63,688 nt of DNA. It comes from Candidatus Gottesmanbacteria bacterium. GTDB taxonomy: Bacteria; Patescibacteriota; Microgenomatia; UBA10105; UBA927. Location: the NCBI GenBank assembly GCA_023245355.1, contig JAHFKN010000007.1, positions 1-63,688 of the forward strand. Reading direction: 5' to 3'. Position 1 is the stretch's first letter. Every line of letters starts with the position of its first letter. The notes beneath the pieces were generated by a model, which was given only the letters and a program-made list of their open reading frames with translations, searched no databases and was not told the origin of the DNA. A program made the translations under genes and the position numbers. Positions 8,960-17,870 of the stretch are shown in pieces.

Positions 8960-9051
8960 TGCATGACACGCCGGAGCGGATCGTATAACACCACTTACCT
9001 TTGGATTGGTGTAGCCCTAATAATTTGTCTCCCCGGCGGCTTTTTGCTACC

Positions 9052-9534
9052 ATGTCGCTACCTATGTTTCAGAGCCCCACGTTCGGCGAACTAGAACTCC
9101 TCGAAGTCCGGACGCGTATTATTGATTTTCTCGCCACGGATCCGGGTTCCGTATATCAGATAGTCGTGGGGACGGATTCCCAGCCACATAACGGATCAGG
9201 TGTGGATTTCGTAACCGCGATTGTCGTGCACCGGAAAGGACACGGCGGCATATATTTTTGGCAGCGTACGGTGAATAAAAAAACATATGCGCTGCGTCAG
9301 CGGATGTATGAAGAGGCGACGATGTCGCTTATCATGGCAGAAGAAGTCGTGACATTGCTTCATCAGGACGGTATTACCAAATATGATGTGGAAATTCATG
9401 TGGATATCGGTGCATTCGGTCCGACACGCGAGATGATATCCGAAATAACGGGTATGATACGCGGAAGCGGGTTTACGGTGAAAATGAAACCCGAAAGTTA
9501 CGCGGCCAGCAAAGTTGCAGACAGGTATACATAA
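9052..9534 (+). CDS. RNase H-like YkuK (DUF458) family protein
   Basis: Motifs IVVGTDSQ, FVTAIVVHRKGHGG, EIHVDIG and KPESYAASKVADR. The start could be 9052 or 9064. Confidence 0.88.
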   Translation: MSLPMFQSPTFGELELLEVRTRIIDFLATDPGSVYQIVVGTDSQPHNGSGVDFVTAIVVHRKGHGGIYFWQRTVNKKTYALRQRMYEEATMSLIMAEEVVTLLHQDGITKYDVEIHVDIGAFGPTREMISEITGMIRGSGFTVKMKPESYAASKVADRYT

Positions 9535-9567
9535 TGTACGTACGGTAAAGGAGGTGAATTAACCAAA

Positions 9568-10041
9568 ATGAATAAAGTGTTAATAGGGATCATGGTTGTT
9601 GTAGTAGGAGGGATTGCGGGATGGTATTTTTTCCGCAGCGGAGTCAAAGCCCCCGGCATGCAGATCGGGACAGAAAATATAACACCGGCCGCCGGCTCCT
9701 CAGGAGGAAATGTTACCATCAGTGAGGAATCGACGGGAGCGGGATCAGAAAAAGGCGGGATAACCGGGGAAGTCGTCGTGACATATACGGATTCCGGATA
9801 TCAGCCGAACCAAGTCACGGTAAAAAAGGGAACCAAAGTGACGTTTCTAAACGACAGCACCGGCAGCATGTGGACGGCATCGGGAGTTCATCCGACGCAT
9901 CAGCTGCTTCCCGGGTTTGATCAGCTTAAAAGTGTCGTAAAAGGCGGGAAGTATGAGTATACGTTCGTAAAAGTCGGTACATGGAAATATCATAATCATG
10001 TAAAGCCGACGGACGGCGGAATTGTTACCGTCACGGAATAA
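9568..10041 (+). CDS. Membrane-anchored cupredoxin-fold protein
   Basis: N-terminal TM, then YxPxxVTVKKGTKVTFLN...HPTH...YTF...GTWKYHNH. SD AAAGGAGGTGA upstream. Confidence 0.85.
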   Translation: MNKVLIGIMVVVVGGIAGWYFFRSGVKAPGMQIGTENITPAAGSSGGNVTISEESTGAGSEKGGITGEVVVTYTDSGYQPNQVTVKKGTKVTFLNDSTGSMWTASGVHPTHQLLPGFDQLKSVVKGGKYEYTFVKVGTWKYHNHVKPTDGGIVTVTE

Positions 10042-10064
10042 CAAAAGACATAATACCTAGGTAT

Positions 10065-10095
10065 ACAAAAACCCTCATATCATGAGGGTTTTTGT
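10065..10095. terminator. Bidirectional intrinsic terminator between convergent genes
   Basis: Perfect 14-bp inverted repeat ACAAAAACCCTCAT-ATC-ATGAGGGTTTTTGT. Confidence 0.9.
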
Positions 10096-10096
10096 T

Positions 10097-12592
10097 TTAG
10101 GGTGTGGGAATAGGGGTGGGGGTTTGTGTCGGTATGGGCGCGCAGCGGCCGCCGGCAGGTTCGGTACCGGTGATAAAGTATTCTACTTTTCCGAAATAGC
10201 AGGGTAGCGAAACGATCGTCGTGGGTTTGGGCGGAACTTCATCCGTTCTGTCTTTGAGAAGTTCTACCATGATGTCGTGCCAAATGGGAGCGGCTCCGGT
10301 GATTCCGGACGTAAGATACGGATTCATGGGCGAATTATCGTTGTTGCCTACCCATACGACTGCGGCAAACGACGGCGTATATCCGGCAGTCCAATTATCG
10401 CGTTTATCATTGGTTGTCCCTGTTTTTACCGCGACGGTTTTTCCCGGGATGACCAGTGCGGAATTCGGGCCGAATGCAGATTGCCGGGCCGTGTTGTCGG
10501 AAAGAATGTTGGACATGATCCATGCCACTTCGGGCTTTAAGGCAGAAAATGATTTGCTGGGGCGATGATCCTCCATGATTTTCCCCGTGTAATCCGTGAT
10601 CTGAAGGATCGGACGTAAATCCTGCCGCTGGCCCATGTTGGCCAGCGTCCCGTACACTTTTGCCATCTCCAGCATGGTGACGTCGGCGCCTCCGAGGGTG
10701 AGGGATAGGCCGTAGCGGCTCGGGTCGTTCCCCCATGAGTCTATGCCCATCTGTTTTGCTTTTTCCATCATTGTCGGAAGTCCGATGGCCGCCAGTGTTT
10801 TGACTGCCGGGATATTGTAGGAATTGGCGAGCGCATACCGGAGCGGTACCGGGCCGTGAAATTTGCCGTCGTAATTTACCGGAGCGTATGGGGGGCTTCC
10901 GGCACTTTCATACACGATGGGCGCATCATTGATGATCGTTGCTGCATTCATACCGGCTTCCATCGCGGCTGCATAGGTGACTACTTTGATGGCTGACCCC
11001 GGTTGTTGCAGGGCTGTGGTGACATTTACGTTTCCGTCATGGGCAGAGTCGAAATAGTCGCGGCTTCCGACCATTGCCAGAATATCTCCGCTTCTCGGGT
11101 TCGTTATGACCGCCGCTCCGTTGCCGACCTGCAGATTTGTCAGTTGGTCTATGTGGGCCTTTACAATCTCTTCCGCTTTTTCCTGAATGGAAAGATCCAG
11201 TGACGTGATGACCCTGAGTCCGCCGCGCTCGACCAGACGGGAACCGTACGTTTTTTCCAGTAAATCTTTAATATACATCACAAAGTGCGGCGCTCTGATA
11301 CCGATTCTGGGTTGCGCGAATGCAAGAGGCGCTCTGAATGCCTGTTCTTTTTGTTCGGCGGTAATATAGCCGTCCGTCTGCATACGTTCCAATACTTCAT
11401 GCTGCCGGACGATCGCTTTTTCCGGATGGCTTCCGAACGGGGAATATTCGCTGGGTGCGGCCGGCAGCCCGGCAAGTAACGCTGCTTCTGCCAGCGTGAG
11501 TTTTGTGACGGGTTTACGGAAATAGGTCTGGGCGGCGGCCTCGATGCCCCAGGCGGTACCTCCGTAGGGAACCTGGTTTAAGTACATCTCAAAAATCTGA
11601 TCTTTTGCAAACAGCCGTTCCGCCCAAAACGCCAGAATAATTTCTTTGGTTTTCCGGACAATGCTGACCTCGGGAGTCAACAGCGCTGATTTGATAAGTT
11701 GCTGGGTGATTGTCGATCCGCCCTGGATTTGTTTGTGAATGGCGATTTCGGAAAGCGCGCGTATGATACCGCGTACGGAAAATCCCGGGTGACGATAGAA
11801 CTCCCGGTCTTCAATGGCGATCGTTGCCTGTTTGACGATGAGCGGGATATCCTCCAGTTTTACCGGCGTCCTGTTTTGGTCTACGTAGATTTCATACAGA
11901 AGCTGCCCGTTCCGGTCAAGAATTTTCGTACTTACTTCCAGGTCGCGTTGCGTGAGGAGCTGGGGATTGGGAAGGGATTTGAGAAACAGCCATGCGTTAT
12001 ACGGGATAAAAATAAATCCGATTGTGAGTATGACACCGACGATAAAAGACTGCATCTGTGCGGCTTTGGTGCCGGCAGCAGCAGGGGCCGGGACTGCGCG
12101 CGGGCGTTTCGGCAGGGAAGGCATATGTATGGAGGGTGCTGTGACGGATATGTTGGGAAGCGTCAGTTTCGGGAGTTTGATAACAGGAAGGCGGATGTGT
12201 GGCAGTGATATGTGCGGCATGTTCCACCGGGGCAACCGGATGACAGGAATCCGTATCGCGCTTACCGATGTGATAAATGCACTCATCCGTTTGTCCGCCC
12301 ATGCAAGAAATAATTTGGGGGAAATGCCGTGTGTCCGTTTCGGGCGCCCGGGTTTGCGGACTACCGCCGGTTTGTTTTGGCTTTCGGGAATCCGGCGCCT
12401 CATTGAGCGGGATATGTGTACGACCGCATTTCGCGTGTATTGCGTGAGTTTTGAACCGATCCATATGGCACTCGTCACGATTGCGCGGAGTGCGTTACCG
12501 ATAGCAATAAGTGAAAGGATAATGAATAAAACGAATTGGGTGATGGGGGAAAGAAGGGGTTTTTCTGATGATGTGGGGCTGCGGCGCGTCAT
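10097..12592 (-). CDS. Class A penicillin-binding protein (transglycosylase + transpeptidase) with long N-terminal extension
   Basis: GT51 motifs EDREFY-H-G, GGSTITQQL, YLNQVPYG; transpeptidase motifs SAIK (SxxK), SYN (SxN), KTG. Confidence 0.95.
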   Translation of the reverse strand: MTRRSPTSSEKPLLSPITQFVLFIILSLIAIGNALRAIVTSAIWIGSKLTQYTRNAVVHISRSMRRRIPESQNKPAVVRKPGRPKRTHGISPKLFLAWADKRMSAFITSVSAIRIPVIRLPRWNMPHISLPHIRLPVIKLPKLTLPNISVTAPSIHMPSLPKRPRAVPAPAAAGTKAAQMQSFIVGVILTIGFIFIPYNAWLFLKSLPNPQLLTQRDLEVSTKILDRNGQLLYEIYVDQNRTPVKLEDIPLIVKQATIAIEDREFYRHPGFSVRGIIRALSEIAIHKQIQGGSTITQQLIKSALLTPEVSIVRKTKEIILAFWAERLFAKDQIFEMYLNQVPYGGTAWGIEAAAQTYFRKPVTKLTLAEAALLAGLPAAPSEYSPFGSHPEKAIVRQHEVLERMQTDGYITAEQKEQAFRAPLAFAQPRIGIRAPHFVMYIKDLLEKTYGSRLVERGGLRVITSLDLSIQEKAEEIVKAHIDQLTNLQVGNGAAVITNPRSGDILAMVGSRDYFDSAHDGNVNVTTALQQPGSAIKVVTYAAAMEAGMNAATIINDAPIVYESAGSPPYAPVNYDGKFHGPVPLRYALANSYNIPAVKTLAAIGLPTMMEKAKQMGIDSWGNDPSRYGLSLTLGGADVTMLEMAKVYGTLANMGQRQDLRPILQITDYTGKIMEDHRPSKSFSALKPEVAWIMSNILSDNTARQSAFGPNSALVIPGKTVAVKTGTTNDKRDNWTAGYTPSFAAVVWVGNNDNSPMNPYLTSGITGAAPIWHDIMVELLKDRTDEVPPKPTTIVSLPCYFGKVEYFITGTEPAGGRCAPIPTQTPTPIPTP

Positions 12593-12636
12593 AGCGCCAT
12601 TTTTTATATCACGTCTATAGGTCCTTCGACAAGAGG

Positions 12637-14865
12637 CTATTTAACGATAACGGATTTTCCCTCAGGATGCGTGCAGTCCAGGCACCAGCGTGTGATGCCG
12701 TCCCACGCGATGTCATGATCCTGCATTTCGATATTTTCTGTCTGATCGGGAGCGGCAAGATCGCCGGTTGCTTTGTCTATTGCGACCGATTGCCGAGAAC
12801 TCGAACTTCTCGCAACCGTTCCTTTGATGATGTATTCAAACCGTGTAGGACATCCCAATGCTTCATCCGGTTGGCTTCCGGCAGTTTCCTGACCCGGTTG
12901 GTTCGGAGGTAATAATCCGTTTGTCGTACAGACGCGGGTTCCGACTACTCCGTCGGGCTGTTTGGGCCACACGTCCGGTTTTCCCTCCAGAACATGACGG
13001 ATAATTTTGTTCCAGATGGGGGCAGCTCCTGTGACTCCGGAAACAAGCGCATTGTTCATCGGAGAATTGTCATTGTTTCCTACCCATGTTGCGATCAGGA
13101 ATTGCGGCGTATACCCGATGGTCCAGTTATCCCGTAAATCGTTGGTCGTTCCTGTTTTGACGGAAACGGCGTGCCCGGGGACGACGAGCGCGGAACTGGG
13201 ACCGAATGCTTCCATCCGCGCATTGTTATCCAGCAGAATATGCGAGATAAGAAATGCGGTTTCCGGACTTATAACACGGGTGCCGGTGAGCAACAGCTGC
13301 GACGGGATGTCTTTTCCGAGGTTCGGATCTTTGTATTCATCCAGCACCGTGCCGTTTTTGTCGACGACTTTGAGAATGCTCACCAGATCGTGGCGGATTC
13401 CTGCATTGGCAAATACCGAAAATGCTTCTGCCATATCCGTCATGCGGACTTCTCCGCCGCCCAATGTCAGAGAAAGTCCGTATTGGCTCGGATCTTTTAA
13501 GGTGTCGAGTCCGAATGCGGATGCAGAAGCGACCATGTCACGAACCGTGTTTAAGTACAGCATTTTGACCGCCGGAATATTGAGGGAATTTCCGAGTGCA
13601 AACCGGAGTTGTACCGGGCCCCGGAATTTTCCGTCGTAGTTTCTGGGACAATAGGCCGCCTGTCCTGCGACGTTCGTAAAGCAGGTCGGAATATCCAGAA
13701 ACATCGTGGCAGGGGTTACGATATGTTTTTCAATGCCGATGGCATAGTTGATCGGCTTGATGGAAGATCCGGGCTGCCGGAGTGCCGTCGTGACATTAAA
13801 CGATCCTGACGGGGTGGCAAAATAATCCACGGATCCGACCATCGCAAGAATTTCTCCGGTAGACGGCTTCGTGACCAGTGCCGCGCCGTTTCCTACCCGT
13901 ACATTTTTGAGCTTCGCTACTTCAGCGGCAACGGTCGCCTGGGTATAGTTCTGAAGGTCCAGGTCCAGCGTCGTGGTAACCTTGAGACCGCCGCGTTCAA
14001 CCAAACCTTCGCCGTATTTTTCAACGAGAAGTTCCTTGACATACATGACAAAATGCGGCGCCTGGATGCCTGTTTCCTGTTTGTATTCGATCGGTTCCTT
14101 GGCTGCTTGTTCCGCCTGCTCTTTGGTGATATAGCCGTCATCCGTCATGCGGCGGAGCACTTCCAGCTGCCGTTCTTTGGCAAGTTCCGGATGCGCGCCG
14201 TACGGAGAGTAGAGCGTCGGTGCCTGCGGCAGGCCGGCAAGAATCGCCGCCTCTGCCAGCGTCACGTCGTTTATCGGTTTCCCGAAATATTTTTCGGCAG
14301 CTGTCTCTATTCCCCACGCGGTTCCCCCGTAGGGAACGGTATTTAAATACAGCTCCAGTATTTTATCTTTCGAATACAGTAATTCGACGGTCGGAGCGAG
14401 AACGAATTCTTTGATTTTCCGGGTAAGGGTACGTTCCGGTGTGAGTAAAGCGGACTTGACCAGCTGCTGGGTGATTGTCGATCCCCCCTGGAGTTTTTTG
14501 TTCAGTATTGATGCATACAGCGCGCGTACGATGCCGCCGACCGGATTGATTCCTGAATGTTTATAGAAATTTTTATCTTCTATGGCAATGGTAGCGTCGC
14601 GGACGACTTTGGGTATGTCGGAAAGCGGTACGGGTGAACGGTTTTGACCGACAAAAATGTCAAAAAGCAGCGTGCCGTTGCGGTCGTATATTTTGGTTGC
14701 TATCGGCACGTCATATCTTCCTAATTTGGCAGGGGAGGGCAGGTCGCGAAGGATGAGCCAGTAAAACGTACCGATAATAAGGGCGGGGAACAGCCAGAAC
14801 ATGAGTTTGCGTCTGGCAGTGAGCCATTTCACAATCCGCTTGGGTTGCAATCTAGGAATCGCCAT
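12637..14865 (-). CDS. Class A penicillin-binding protein (PBP1A family)
   Basis: GT51 motifs EDKNFY-H-G, GGSTITQQL, YLNTVPYG; SSIK, SLN, KTG. TATAAT lies 6 nt before the ATG. Confidence 0.95.
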   Translation of the reverse strand: MAIPRLQPKRIVKWLTARRKLMFWLFPALIIGTFYWLILRDLPSPAKLGRYDVPIATKIYDRNGTLLFDIFVGQNRSPVPLSDIPKVVRDATIAIEDKNFYKHSGINPVGGIVRALYASILNKKLQGGSTITQQLVKSALLTPERTLTRKIKEFVLAPTVELLYSKDKILELYLNTVPYGGTAWGIETAAEKYFGKPINDVTLAEAAILAGLPQAPTLYSPYGAHPELAKERQLEVLRRMTDDGYITKEQAEQAAKEPIEYKQETGIQAPHFVMYVKELLVEKYGEGLVERGGLKVTTTLDLDLQNYTQATVAAEVAKLKNVRVGNGAALVTKPSTGEILAMVGSVDYFATPSGSFNVTTALRQPGSSIKPINYAIGIEKHIVTPATMFLDIPTCFTNVAGQAAYCPRNYDGKFRGPVQLRFALGNSLNIPAVKMLYLNTVRDMVASASAFGLDTLKDPSQYGLSLTLGGGEVRMTDMAEAFSVFANAGIRHDLVSILKVVDKNGTVLDEYKDPNLGKDIPSQLLLTGTRVISPETAFLISHILLDNNARMEAFGPSSALVVPGHAVSVKTGTTNDLRDNWTIGYTPQFLIATWVGNNDNSPMNNALVSGVTGAAPIWNKIIRHVLEGKPDVWPKQPDGVVGTRVCTTNGLLPPNQPGQETAGSQPDEALGCPTRFEYIIKGTVARSSSSRQSVAIDKATGDLAAPDQTENIEMQDHDIAWDGITRWCLDCTHPEGKSVIVK

Positions 14866-14905
14866 GGGGACATTATATAATAATGTAGTACGGAGGTACC
14901 AACCT

Positions 14906-15517
14906 ATGTTTATTCTTCCCGAGTTGCCTTACGCATATAACGCCCTGGAACCATATATTGATGAGCGTACCATGCAGATTCATCATGATAAGCATCACGC
15001 CGCATACGTAAAAAATTTAAACGACGCGCTTTCGGGTCAGGAAGCGCTTCTTGCATTGCCCGCGGAAACACTTATCGCCGACCTTTCAAAAGTGCCGGAA
15101 TCTATCCGCATAAAAGTAAGAAATAATGCCGGCGGGCACGTCAACCACACGATGTTTTGGGAAAGCATGACACGGCAGTCAGACCGCAAAAGCGCTCCGT
15201 CGGGAGCATTGGCAGAAGCGATCAATGCGGCATTCGGTTCATTTATAACGTTTCAGGAAAAATTTGCTGCTGCGGGAATGGGGCGGTTCGGCAGCGGGTG
15301 GGTATGGCTGAACGCAGAAAAAGGGACGTTGACCATATCGGATACTGCCAATCAGGATAATCCGGTCATGGAAGGCGGAAAGCCGATTTTAGGGCTGGAC
15401 GTATGGGAGCATGCGTATTACCTCAAATATCAGAATCTCCGCGCTGAGTACATTACCCAGTGGTGGAACGTCGTGTCATGGGCAGTAGTTGAAAAACGCT
15501 ACGCGGCATTTCTGTAA
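14906..15517 (+). CDS. sodA: Superoxide dismutase, probably Mn-type
   Basis: HHDKHH, NNAGGHVNH, FGSGW, NQD and DVWEHAYY motifs. GGH and NQD are Mn-type signatures. SD GGAGGT precedes ATG 14906. Confidence 0.95.
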   Translation: MFILPELPYAYNALEPYIDERTMQIHHDKHHAAYVKNLNDALSGQEALLALPAETLIADLSKVPESIRIKVRNNAGGHVNHTMFWESMTRQSDRKSAPSGALAEAINAAFGSFITFQEKFAAAGMGRFGSGWVWLNAEKGTLTISDTANQDNPVMEGGKPILGLDVWEHAYYLKYQNLRAEYITQWWNVVSWAVVEKRYAAFL

Positions 15518-15526
15518 CAATCATGT

Positions 15527-16264
15527 ATGCGACTCCCTAACCCCTACGCGCTCCGGCAGGAAGTTACGCGTGAATCTCTGGTGTTTGCTGCCAGTCAGCG
15601 CCCCGGAAATTCTCCTGCACAGGAAGACTATTTCATGAATTTTAATGATGAATGTTTCGTGCTCGCCGACGGCAGTAACCGCTTACCTCATGGTGATGCC
15701 GCATCGCGTTTGGCCAGCGAAACGGCAATTTGGGCATATAAACATATCCGTCAGCACCGGTATTATTGGCTGGACAAAAAATTATTTATGAAACGCATTT
15801 TCCGTTCGACAAATTTATCCGTGTGGCAGAAACGCCGGGATCACGGATTTGAAGAAGGACTGGAAACTACGCTCACGGTCGTCATGATCGGCGCGAAAAC
15901 GTACTGGTTAGGATATGCTGGAGATACGTATGCATGGCTCCAAAGCGGGAGCAATATCAAAAAACTTACCCGTGATGCAGCTCCGTTTGAAACAGACAAA
16001 CATATCATGTTGGGCAGCAAGCGGCTGGGATTGGTTCCTGAATATATCACCGGTTCGATGTCGGAGGGAGATGTGCTGCTGCTTACATCAGCCGGGTGCG
16101 GAAATTATCTTACGCCTTCGGATATCCAGACCGGTATAGGGTTGGCGGGAAACAGTGCTGCAGATGCCGTTTCTGCGGTTGAGTCGATATTACAAAGTGC
16201 AGAGGTGAACGGTTCGACGGAAAATATGACGGCCGTGATCATCAAACGTGTTGCGGCATCGTAG
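15527..16264 (+). CDS. PP2C/PPM-family phosphatase-like protein (degenerate active site)
   Basis: QED, VLADG and GDT(YAW) motifs are present. The C-terminal SDG and DN motifs read SAG and EN. Confidence 0.7.
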   Translation: MRLPNPYALRQEVTRESLVFAASQRPGNSPAQEDYFMNFNDECFVLADGSNRLPHGDAASRLASETAIWAYKHIRQHRYYWLDKKLFMKRIFRSTNLSVWQKRRDHGFEEGLETTLTVVMIGAKTYWLGYAGDTYAWLQSGSNIKKLTRDAAPFETDKHIMLGSKRLGLVPEYITGSMSEGDVLLLTSAGCGNYLTPSDIQTGIGLAGNSAADAVSAVESILQSAEVNGSTENMTAVIIKRVAAS

Positions 16265-16292
16265 TGCACACTATATACTGCATATATACGAT

Positions 16293-17777
16293 ATGCCTGC
16301 CGACTTTTTCTCCGATATCAGTAATCAGCAAACGCCTCCGCAATACCGGTACTTCGATGGTTCCACATGGAAACCGGGCAGCAGCGGGAAAACCGCAGAT
16401 GTTATCTCACCCATTGACGGCAGTGTAGTGGGAACAACACCTATTCTGACGCAGGAGGAAATTGACGGCGTTATGGCAGCCGCCTCAGCAGCGCAAAGCG
16501 CATGGGAATTGACTCCGCTAAACAAACGCGTCGGGGTTGTTCATCTGGCTGCCGATTGGATCAGGCATTATCTGGATTATCTGGTAGCTTTATTGGTCCG
16601 CGAAGTAGGAAAGTCCGCAGAGGAGGCGAAGTCGGAAATTATCCGTACGGCAGATCTGATCGATTATTTTGCCGATGAGGTACAGTCCATACAGGGCATG
16701 ACGCTCGACAGTGATAATTTTCCGGGTTTTGAAAAAGGAAGAATCGCCATGATTGAACGGGTGGCATACGGCACGGTTCTTGCGATTGCCCCGTTTAATT
16801 ATCCGGTGAATTTAACTGCCAGTAAAATTGCGCCGGCGTTACTTATGGGAAACAGCGTTGTGGTAAAGCCTCCGACGCAGGGCGGGATATCGGCATTACA
16901 TCTTGTGCGTATTTTTCAAAAAGCAGGCGTACCTGCCGGGGTGATTTCGACCGTCACGGGAAACGGAGAGATCATCGGTGATTATGTCGTATCGCACCCC
17001 GCGGTCTCCATGGTCGCATTTACGGGAAACTCGGATACCGGAGTGGCGATAGCCGGAAAGGCAGCCATGAAGCCGCTGCTGTTTGAATGCGGCGGGAATA
17101 ACCCGGTTGTGGTCATGCCTGACGCGGATTTACAAGTTGCAGCCCGCGAAATCATAAAAGGGGCGTTTGCCTACAGCGGACAGCGGTGTACCGGTATCAA
17201 ATACGTGCTGACGACTCCCGCTATCCGGGAACAACTTGTGACACTTGTGTTAAAAACCATACCGGAAATGGTACATCCCGGAGATCCGAGGAGCCCGGAA
17301 ACTAAGCTCGTGGGCCCCGTAATTTCGGAGGCGGCCGCAAAGAAGATCGAAGAAGCCATACAAACCTCCGTGAAAAACGGTGCGAAGTGTGTCTTGGGCG
17401 GAAAGCGGGACAAGGCGATGATAGAACCGACCGTACTGACGGGCGTTATCCCCTCAATGCCCATTATTGCCAAGGAGACATTCGGACCGGTTGTTTCATT
17501 TGTTGATGTCGCATCGTTTGATGAGGCGGTTGCGATTATTAACCGGTCGTCGTACGGGCTGCAGGCGAGCGTGTTTACGAAAGATGAAGGATCAGGATTA
17601 GTATTCGGAAAAAAGCTAAACGTAGGAACGGTTCAGATAAACGGAAGTCCGCAGCGGGGTCCTGATCATTTTCCGTTTTTAGGCGTCAAGCGTTCCGGTG
17701 TGGGTGTCCAGGGCGTGCGGTACAGCCTGGAAGCGATGAGTAGGCTGCGCCCGATTGTCCTCAATAAGCCTCAGTAA
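16293..17777 (+). CDS. gapN: Non-phosphorylating NADP-dependent glyceraldehyde-3-phosphate dehydrogenase (ALDH superfamily)
   Basis: PFNYPVNL, VVKPPTQG, FTGNS, ECGG, catalytic YSGQRCT, EETFGP-like KETFGP, and the GapN-type tail RGPDHFPFLGVKRSGVGVQG. Confidence 0.85.
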   Translation: MPADFFSDISNQQTPPQYRYFDGSTWKPGSSGKTADVISPIDGSVVGTTPILTQEEIDGVMAAASAAQSAWELTPLNKRVGVVHLAADWIRHYLDYLVALLVREVGKSAEEAKSEIIRTADLIDYFADEVQSIQGMTLDSDNFPGFEKGRIAMIERVAYGTVLAIAPFNYPVNLTASKIAPALLMGNSVVVKPPTQGGISALHLVRIFQKAGVPAGVISTVTGNGEIIGDYVVSHPAVSMVAFTGNSDTGVAIAGKAAMKPLLFECGGNNPVVVMPDADLQVAAREIIKGAFAYSGQRCTGIKYVLTTPAIREQLVTLVLKTIPEMVHPGDPRSPETKLVGPVISEAAAKKIEEAIQTSVKNGAKCVLGGKRDKAMIEPTVLTGVIPSMPIIAKETFGPVVSFVDVASFDEAVAIINRSSYGLQASVFTKDEGSGLVFGKKLNVGTVQINGSPQRGPDHFPFLGVKRSGVGVQGVRYSLEAMSRLRPIVLNKPQ

Positions 17778-17870
17778 GTTTTTTTGTGGTATTCCGCACA
17801 TATGCAGGTGCGCGACTTGACAAGTGAACGTGCCGTACTGTTTACTGGATAAAGAAGGAAGGATATCCCT

